A stretch of 64,000 nucleotides of DNA from Ptychomitrium polyphyllum (Eukaryota). The DNA is taken from contig OZ316775.1 of the NCBI GenBank assembly GCA_973851085.1, positions 7,316,001 through 7,380,000 of the forward strand, written 5' to 3'. The notes under the pieces were generated by a model. It worked only from the letters and a program-made list of their open reading frames with translations, had not been told where the DNA came from and did not search any database. A program made the position numbers and the translations under genes. Positions 54,501-64,000 of the stretch are shown here, in pieces. Positions within the stretch are counted from its first letter, which is position 1. Every line of letters begins with the position of its first letter.

Positions 54501-55083
54501 TGCTCAGTCCATAATCAGTGTTATGTTGCAGTTTATCACTCTGTCAAGTCACAACTTATCACATCCTTATGGTACTCTCTTGTTGATTGATCAACCACTT
54601 ATCATGTGACTTGTTTTTGAGACACAATTACTGCAATTTCACTAATCTTAATTTGGCACAGTAGGCCCAGTTCACCTCTCATCATTGAGCCTCAACATTT
54701 TAAACCTTTGCCAAAATCGAATTTATGATGGTAGAGAGTAACTTCATTTGTGCACTAAATGTGATAAATTTGTTGTGATGAGAAGGGTGTTATACTGAAT
54801 GACACTCTAGAGTGTACCCACACCAACCACTTCATGAAAGCTTTTCATGAGCAGGCCATAACACATTACTGTACATTTGTCCATAAGGAATAAGAAAACT
54901 GCATTCCTTCCTGAAGGCCAACATGCATCAAATGTTAGTTCCTCCTTTACCCCATGTTCTTCTCTATACCATTTTAGAAGGTATGTTCAAAGCATTACAG
55001 TCTCAAACATAAATAAATAAGAACAACCTTCTTTCTTCACTACATATAATTACATTTTTTTACCCATCCAAAATTGTCTCAAA

Positions 55084-56356
55084 TCTGATATACTATTAAT
55101 CTTTAAATTGGTGTAGCTCTGGTGTTCTTCCTTTTTTTAACACAAGTTTTTTTTACAAAAACTAAGTCACAAAAAAATATGTTGAGTCTACTCTATCTAT
55201 TGGTAGAAAGTTGAAATTAGCCTCAATTCCTGTATGTTGAGAATTGAAGGCCAATCTTTGAAATGTATATTTTAATGAACTTATACTATATTTAATGTAT
55301 TATTTAAGGATTTTATATAAATTTAAGAAAAATTAGTCACTTCATATGTACAATGTCCATAACTTAACTTCTAAATATATACCATTACTTTTATGGAATA
55401 TTGGAAGTCCTTTACTTATATAAAAGATTTTCATAGAAATTATGAAGTTTTTTTTATCATTTGATCATATCAAACATAACATCTTTCAATCTCTCAATGA
55501 CCATTTTAAACATTTGCTTTCAAAAAGAATAATTCCATCACTCATAGGTATAATTCCATTGCAAAAACCTTATTCTATTAGAAATTGAAAATTTGATGAC
55601 TTTGTACACAAGCTAGAGTTGAGCATTCATGGATTCATTGCCACATATTTTCATTATAATTTATGAATTATTATCGATTTCCTACTTTTTAAAGTGAAGG
55701 TGGAGTATTTCAAGTGGTAAAGAACATTACAAAGGTATAATCTAATCCTACAATCTTAATTAGAAAGACATTTGTATAATCAATATATTGCTCAAAAAAA
55801 GTTGATTTTTATACAATTCTAACATGTTCCATATTTTAAAACTTCAATTGAAAGGAAAATATTCACATTTTGTTCAAAAATTGATGATTTTGAAAATAAA
55901 ATTGTCCACCAATAAATTGGTAAAAAGTAGACATGTCCAAGAATTAGTTTTATAAAAAAAACTTGAAGAAAAATCTAAGGAAGAACAATTTAAGAAAGAA
56001 AGTTATGCAATATTTTTTAACAATTTTCTAAGTCACCTTAAAAATTGGCATCATAGATTTTAATTTGAGAAAAATAAAGCATCAAGATTATAATCTTAGT
56101 TTAAATGAAAATAAAAATATTCTACTTGGATACTTGTAGAAGGAGGCAAAACTTGGATTGCTTAAAGATGTTATATTAATTCAAAAAATTATTTTGAAAA
56201 TATGTTCTTTTGAAAAATGTAAAACCTATAATATTAAAAAAGTCCTTAAAAAACACTTTAAGACAATGAAAAAGACTACCATTGTCATGTGTATTTAATT
56301 ATTATGAGTAAATGTCCACTTGAGACGCATCTTTCCTAAGGTCGCGTCCCACCTAG
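55084..56356 (+). mobile_element. Putative non-autonomous Helitron (~1.27 kb)
   Basis: 5' A|TCTGATATACTATTAA (55083/55084); 3' GC-rich imperfect hairpin GAGACGCATCTT-TCCT-AAGGTCGCGTCCC (56322-56350) then CTAG|T (56353-56357). The limits coincide with a CWG-depleted block. The hairpin-to-CTAG spacer (2 nt) is shorter than typical. Confidence 0.5.
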
Positions 56357-57057
56357 TCAGAAAAGGACTTTGTGGAAAATCACCACAGTTGTCAAAATAT
56401 TTAGTAGTATGCTAATCCATAATCAGATGGAATCAGGTTTGAGTAAAACCCTAGTAAATAGAAACCATACCTTTGGTTTTAGTTCAGAACCCTAAAAAAA
56501 GAAGACTAGCTTCAAATGCTAACAACAGAGGTAAACACTTGCATCTCTGCCTGTCATATTAAGATAATCAGACCATGGCACACAACATGCCAGGTAAACA
56601 AAATAACAGTCCACAAAAAAGTTTAACAAGACTTTTGGTGGACTGAGTCAGAATGCAGAGATAGAATGCAACCATAGAATGTAGCAATATCCACTAGACT
56701 TTCACATGCAAATAATCCAATAATTCCTCACTAGATAACATTCTTCACATGCCCCAATGCAATTGCTTGTTGATCTTAAGGAAGCTTGTCTTTCCTTTCT
56801 TTTTTCAGCAACTGATCTTTTTATTTGTTTAAAAAAAGGAAAAAGTTAGAAAAAATCTAATACGAGAGAAGAACTTAGAATATATGAATAAAGATTCTTT
56901 AATATATCACTCCTTGTTACTGTAACTCACAGGAGAAGTAATCAAAGATGCAAACAATCAAAAACAAGTTGGAAAGCAGCGTGGGGGCAAAACTGCATGC
57001 AAAACATTTTGTTTGTTGTGTAGATACTGGTGCCCAAGCATTGTTCATACACATCAC

Positions 57058-57088
57058 ACATTTAACATTTAACATTTAACATTTAACA
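57058..57088. repeat. (TTTAACA)4 tandem repeat
   Basis: Read directly from the sequence. Confidence 0.9.
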
Positions 57089-60000
57089 ATAGAAGAAATT
57101 GCTTCTAAGCAAAATTCCTTGAAAGGAATGTTTGCAATAGAACCTTAGGGTGTACTTGTTGAGGTGCAAATTGTTGAAGATTAATTGTCAACATCAATGA
57201 CAACATAACTCTATTTATTTTGTTATACAAAGTACTCTCACCCTTTATATATTGTAGTCAAGATTACACACTCCACATCTATAATTCCATAATTCTACAT
57301 AAATTTTGTAATATTACATAAATTCTATAATACTACAAAACTCTCTTCATCATATAACACAAGGTTGGTAAATGATTCTCAAATGTTTGTGCATTTGGCC
57401 ACAACCTCCTTATATACTAGAATTTATAAAAACTTTTTTAATACTATTCATATTATTCTATTGTATTTTTAATAAAAATTCAATCAAACCTATATTAAGA
57501 TTTGTCACTAAGTGGACTTTAGCCTTATTGCATACCATAAGCCAAGGCTTTTATCAAAATGGTCAATATAAGTATCATCAAAGCTATAAATTAATCCAAC
57601 TTAATATTATTTTATTGGATGAACTCAATCGGCTAATCTACTCAAGAAGCCATAAGATGGCCCAATAGTTTACGAGCTAACATATCCAAATATTCATACA
57701 TATGTACAAAATAAAGTAAAAAAAACCAAATGTAGGCAAGAAATCCCACTTCCAATGTAATTTGATTATTACACATATTGATTCTTGTGGTATTTAGAGT
57801 TTATAATATGAAAAATAAAAGGGAATATCTTTAATATACTTCAAGTAATTGTGTAATATCAAAACCTTTAGCAGAACATGTTTTATTTTCTGAGGTTTAC
57901 AAATGTAAGATAAGTTTGTATTAAGAATTGGAAATGCCACCATTTGTATATTTTATTTGCTTTTGTAGACTTGAACGTTTTGCTTATTTAAAATGTCTTA
58001 AGTTCTTGTAGATTCTCACTTGATAATGCTAATTGAAATTGGTAGTAATATGAAATTTGAAATTGCTTATAAATCAAATCTTGAGTAGTGAAGGTTTGAA
58101 TAATATTATTTTTTAGTACTCACCAATTTCTTAAAACTTTGTCAATATCCTAGTTTAGTTTCATAGTTGTTCTAATTGTTGTTCATAGTTGTTTATAATT
58201 TTGTTATTTAATTTTTGAGTGGCCAGAAATTAGTTCTTACAAAAATTTGTTAATTTTTATACAATGAATTTTTTGTTAATTAAGATTGTTCTTTTTACAA
58301 AGTAATCATGTAAGAAAAAGAAGAAAAAATGTGTACATCAACCAAATGTATGAAGGGTGGAAGATACAATTAACTCCACCTAAAAGTTGAATTTAATAGC
58401 AATCGTTATCACCTTATAGAAGCACCGTTTAAATAAATTCCAATTGCATATTCCTTTGTATTGCTTGATAGACATGCCACTTGATTGCACATTGATAAAA
58501 ATAGATGTAAAGCAGCTAATAGTAAAATTTGTTTAAAGCTATTACAAAGGCAAATTGATCTTTTTAATTTGCCATTGAATAATGTCGAATAGGAGAAGTT
58601 GGCCTTTGATGAAGATGCGCACAATTGGAATTCAATGTAGACAAAAGAAAACAGATAGTTTGTTGTAATTTGTAAGGCACATGTTAATTTGGCTTGGTTT
58701 TTTGATTATGTGTTTCTTTATTTGGAATGGCAACCATTATTTGTTATTGAGCCAATTCATCAATTACTTGCATTGAGAAAATTGCAATTGGCACATCTTT
58801 AAAGAATGCATCAACTTTAATGTTGAGTTGTCTACAACAATTGTACTCAATGCCATGCACAATATTAATACGTAAGTGCTTTTTATTCTTCTTTTTTACT
58901 TTTATAATTTCATTATGTTGTTTTTTTATTCCTAACATCTCTCATCTTTATTATTATAAATTGACTATAAACAGCCATGTGAAGATCAAGTATGATTCTA
59001 TAATTAGTCTACATTGTATATCTTATCTTTTTCTTATTATAATGGTTGAATGTGTGGAATCCATGTGTAAAGTGTTGTTTGTATATACAATAAGAATTAT
59101 CTAAAATTGCAAATGGTAATTATTAAGGAATTAGTTATTGATAGATACTTTAGATTGGTAACATCCATTAAACTTAGTGCTTGGTAATTGGCTAGAATTG
59201 AATTTTAGATGTATAGTTATATTTAACCAAACCTAAAAAAAAAGTTATTTTTGAAAATAGCATGTAATTTTTTTAATATATAGTTTTATTCTATGATTTT
59301 TTTATTTATCAATTTTTGTTAAATGTGGGTTATTATTTTCTTGAGTTTATGAATTAATTTAGAGATTTTAAGTCTACATCTTAATTTTATAAGTTTGATT
59401 TGGTCAAAGATTATACAGTAGGTTATTAGCCAAACAATGACCAATTCAAAGGAGTATTTGCGTTTCTAATAGCAGTATTTGCAAGAATAATAAGAAAATT
59501 TCTTAAAAGAGCAAAGACCTTTAGAGGTTACAAATACCTTGGATGTTGCGCAACGAAAGCAAGACCAATTTCAATTGAGCAAGTTTGAAAAGCAAATTGG
59601 AATGGCAAACATGGTGCTTGAAAACAACTTTTTTCTTTAACCTAAGCTTCATTAGGAGAACAAGGTGAAGTTAGAGATAACTCTCAAAAAGCTTCAAATG
59701 GTTGCGACATCTATTATTGCTCTAGAATTTAAGGTGCGCTAATTGTAGTGATGGAAAGCAAAGCCCTTCTTTTGAGCTAATATTCAATTATCAAAATGCC
59801 TTTTTTTTATAAGTGGCCTTTAAAATGGTTCAAATATGCCATTTTTTTTGGTTATAATGAGTCTCCATTATCTTTGTTGATTTTATTTGAAACTAAAATT
59901 TCTAAAAAATGTGCATGTATATACTTTGTTATATTTGTCTTGCAATAAGGATAAATAATAATGAAGGGATTTGATAGCTCCATGAATCATGTGAAACTTT

Positions 60001-61207
60001 GCAATTTGAAAATGGAGTATGAATTGTTTAATGTTTATCTTTGAGAAGTAAAGAATGCAAATCTAAAACAATGTATTTTTTTACCTTTTTAAAGAAAGAA
60101 GCCATTCTTGGAATTCATAGTCTTTACAAAATACCATGGTATCTAATATGTGATATAGAGATTTCCTTATTAACTTATTTACTTATTTTCATTTTTTTCT
60201 AAATTTGGAGATTATATTATGCTTTCATATATAGATGTTGATTTTTTTTCTGTGAATTAATAAATACATCATAAGGAAAATAGTGCAAACTAAGACCGTT
60301 AACAAGAAGGACATATCCATCTTCTTCTCCTCTTAGATTGACAAGTCTTCAAAGAATTATACATTCAACTCCAAAATGCTTAAGATGTAGAAGTTGATGC
60401 ACTTCAAGTTTGAAACAAGGTACCTGGAATGCTTTAAGAGGGCTTGCCCTACTAAAAAAGTGGTGCTTGTTGCTTCAAATAGTACCTTCACAATTAGCTT
60501 TGATTAACCTCAATAATTGATATAGGTCAACAAGTTAAGCCTCCTTCTATACAGTTTTGCAAGTTTGATATTCCTTAGGCTTTTTACAGTTAGTTCAAAG
60601 ACCAAACAATATAAACCCAAAGAGTTGAAAAAGCAAAATATCATTAAAAGGTGCAATACAATTTATCCAAAGGAATATTGTTTTATTGGGCATAGCAAGC
60701 ATGGGTACACAGTGCCTGGATTCAATGACAAGTAGGAGCTCAAGGCTCAAGGTTATAGATGCAAAATAGGGCCACCATGAACAGTTTCCAATATGGAATC
60801 TGTATAGATAGTTATTAGTAAAGTAAACTACCCAGAATGAACTCATGCAGGAATGCTCAGTGGTACAGTTGATGATGAGTCCACTGTAAAGATATGCAGA
60901 AGGAATTATGAAATTCAGGCAGTAGAAGAAGTAGCTATAAGTTCTGGCAAGGGAGTGGATGCTGCTAAGCTGGTGGCACCCACGATCCCAACTCTGCCTA
61001 GTCAACAGATACACATCTGCTCAGACCATTTCATGTGCAAGCCCATTCGAAAAAACATGCTCTGCCGGCCCTCCAAACACATATAAAATTCTAAGCCCAT
61101 AGGTTCCAAGATCCCATGCCAAAGGCCATTCCGTTCACATATTCTGTGAATAGACTTTGACTGTGTAGATATCCCCATCAAGTATCTTGAAAGTTACTGT
61201 GGTAACT

Positions 61208-61327
61208 ATCAAAAAATTATTATAGTAATCAAAAAATTATTATAATAATCAAAAAATTATTATAATAATCAAAAAATTATTATAATAATCAAAAAATTAT
61301 TATAATAAAAAAAATTATTATAATAAA
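61208..61327. repeat. Tandem repeat, 20-bp unit (ATCAAAAAATTATTATAATA) x~6
   Basis: Near-perfect copies; the last is degenerate. Confidence 0.95.
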
Positions 61328-64000
61328 ATTTTAACGTAAAGGGTGTGTACGTGATGCATGTATTGGCTTAACAATGTATTACTTATCCTCTTGGTTTTTT
61401 TCTAAAGAATGTCCTTATTGGAACCACTTCTATTTGGTACCAGTACATGCCAACATTTTGCCAAGTGAAACAATATACTATAGAATGTTAGTATTCAACT
61501 TCAACTAATACTAGTGAAAAGACATGATATAAGATAGCACCACCAATAGGAAATATGTTTTTATGACCATTATTTTTAATATACATATATATATCAATTT
61601 ATAGATGTGTATGAACTTTATATGTACTATAATTTGTTGATTAATTGTTAATTAATTATTTAAAACTTAAGTTGAAAAAATTTACATCTCTTTATTTTTC
61701 TTTCATTTTAGAATGGCAAATATTTTATTAAGAAGATCTTAAAATCTAAAATAAGATTATTTACATATTTTTCTTCAAAATTGTCAAGAAATGATAAATT
61801 TTTAATACAATGATTTCACTTCACAAGGATTCAAAATTTGCTAATTTTGTGAGGCATGATGCAAAATATTAACATCTCCTATTGACATGGAAGTTATAAA
61901 TTCTTCTCCCTTCTTTCAGAAAGATAAATTAAGATTTATGTTTACCAAATGAAATTGCATTTGAATTGGAATTTACAAAAGATTGAATTTCCATAAAATA
62001 AGGTGCATAATAGCCATGTTTTGAATTTCCTTCTATTATAAGATTTTTTTGAAAAAATGCTACAATCATTTCTTAGATTTAAAATTTAATATAGATATAA
62101 TGAATATGGCTTTATTTGTAATAATAAAATCCCACCTTTGATATTATAAAATTTCTCTTTGAAAAGGAATCAAAGTAGTTTGAATATATAAAGCAAGGTT
62201 TAAACAAATTTTATTTTTACATCACAATCTATAAATTTTAATTTATGAAGTTGAATTCAAGTTTAAAAACATACATATTTTTTGATAGGTTACTTAGGAT
62301 CTTACAATTGAAGGCTATAACTTTATGATTTTATGACATTTTTTTTTCATTTTTTGTCTTTGTACTAAATTTTTTTATTTTTATTTTTCTTATGGAGTAT
62401 AATGAAAGGGATTTTTCTTTGCATTAATGTATAATATAGTTTGTAATATAGTTCTAATATCACTTAAAACAATCATATCTAGTTTATTTATACAAAGTGA
62501 ATGAATTAAATTTATTGCAAAAAAAACCACCACTTATACACAGGTAGTAGCCTAATATGATAAGAGGTCTTAATTAATGTCCATTTTTTACTGTATATGA
62601 TTTTAAAAATCATATCCGATTTTGTTAACGAACTTGAATTTTTGGTGGAAGATGGGATTTTTAATTGTTTTTTTTGTGAAATAGGTGATTCCTTAGACTA
62701 ATGCCTCTACATTATTGAGTATTTTTCACAATATTAAAGTAATACTTGTCAATTTGAAATATTATTTGGATGTTGTGAAACATTTAAAAAATAAAATTGA
62801 AATAACTCATATTGTGCAATTCTTACATGCATAACATCTTTTAGCCATTGTGGTAATTCACTCTCCATCTTTCAAAAGTAGAAACCAATAATAAAGGACA
62901 ATAAAGGCCCATGTCTAATCATTAGTCTTTAGGGGAATGAGGTTTTGAGAATAAAATGATTCTTTAGGGGAGTGAGTGTTCAGATAGGTCACTGAAGAAT
63001 GATATGTGTTTGTTTTAAGATCATTACCTTACAACAAACAATATAGTCCATGTAAGGTTGTTGCTTCCTGACTTCCACTACAATGGATGTTGAAGGCACA
63101 TGGGATGGAGCCATTCAGTATCATTACAGATATAGCAAGAATAGCATTCTAGTTCTGAAACCCCAGTTGGCAATGGGCTTATCAAGTGTTAAATCACACC
63201 ACCCATAAAACTCAACAGGGCATCTGTCAACACCACATTGCATGCTATAGAGTTAAAAATAAATTTTGCCTAAACAAAACATTGTCAGTGATGGGCTTCA
63301 TCGCGGCCTTCAGCTCGGGTGCAAGAAATATATTCATACTGAGGATCCTCAGGTGGGCTACATCTATGATTGATTCAGAGAGAACTTATCACAAAGCACT
63401 TATTGAATAAGTTGGAGGAGTCAATAGGTTATTTTATCATATGTAATCTTGCAACTATGTAGTCAATAGATTTTTCAGTGCCCTCTTCTGGCCTTGTTAG
63501 CATTGGACTGACTCCAACCAAGTTGACCGTGAAATAGAAATATTCTGAAATAGTTTGAGTGATGGACGATAAGAGTATATGTTTTAATTAGAATGGATAA
63601 ACTTGACATTTTAAGTTTGAGACACTTTCGTTTTGCATAACAAGATCACAACTTAAGCCTGAGAGGCTGGAGGAATCTTTACAAGTTAAGAGGGTAGTGT
63701 AGGTCCCTGAAGTTTATTACTTACAGACTTGATACGGTGCATGCTGCACAACAACAAACATGCAGTATAGGCACTCATGCTGTTGATAGAAGTTGCTTCT
63801 AAGATGACCTAAACCACATGCTCTCCCAACACCATTCACGAGCTTGAAGGTTTCAGGACCCCCCCCTTTCCTATTCTTTGCTCTTATTTGTTTGATCTGT
63901 ACATTTTCTTACCTTTATTGCTTTGCTGCTACCCTGCACTCTTAGGTTTCATATGACCTTTCCTCCGCCCCAGGCTGCTCCATGTACTGTCTCTGCCCTA

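Noticed and set aside
60853..61086. ORF with HICSDHF, resembling the THAP zinc-finger CSxHF motif
   Set aside because: No N-terminal CxxxxC or correctly spaced FP/W residues in frame; a five-residue match is insufficient.
63270..63320. Frame reading NIVSDGLHR, like the ParB/Srx DGxHR motif
   Set aside because: Short, bounded by stops, no other supporting motif.
63339..63352. 14-bp palindrome CTGAGGATCCTCAG and similar isolated 14-16-bp palindromes (e.g. 16254-16269)
   Set aside because: A few are expected by chance in 64 kb.

Overview
Eukaryotic, intron-rich nuclear DNA from a land plant with flagellated sperm (bryophyte, lycophyte or fern grade, inferred from an intact IFT122 beside plant-type DEG10 and DAK; species not determinable). 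A CpG-retaining gene island (~22.6-48.1 kb) holds three complete spliced genes, each assembled by hand with GT-AG junctions in one continuous frame: a DEG10-like HtrA protease (-, 9 exons, 625 aa), IFT122 (+, 22 exons, 1255 aa) and a dihydroxyacetone kinase/triokinase (-, 20 exons, 589 aa). The AT-rich flanks (1-22.6 kb, 48.1-64 kb) have no recognisable intact gene. They alternate between blocks depleted of CG only and blocks depleted of both CG and CHG. Inside the latter I delimit a decayed TA-flanked TIR element, a probable non-autonomous Helitron and a 31-bp minisatellite with a ~284-bp higher-order period. The most intriguing signal is that many IFT122 introns have purine-rich 3' splice sites, unlike those of its two neighbours. 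I see no clearly novel multi-gene system. All counts were made by eye.
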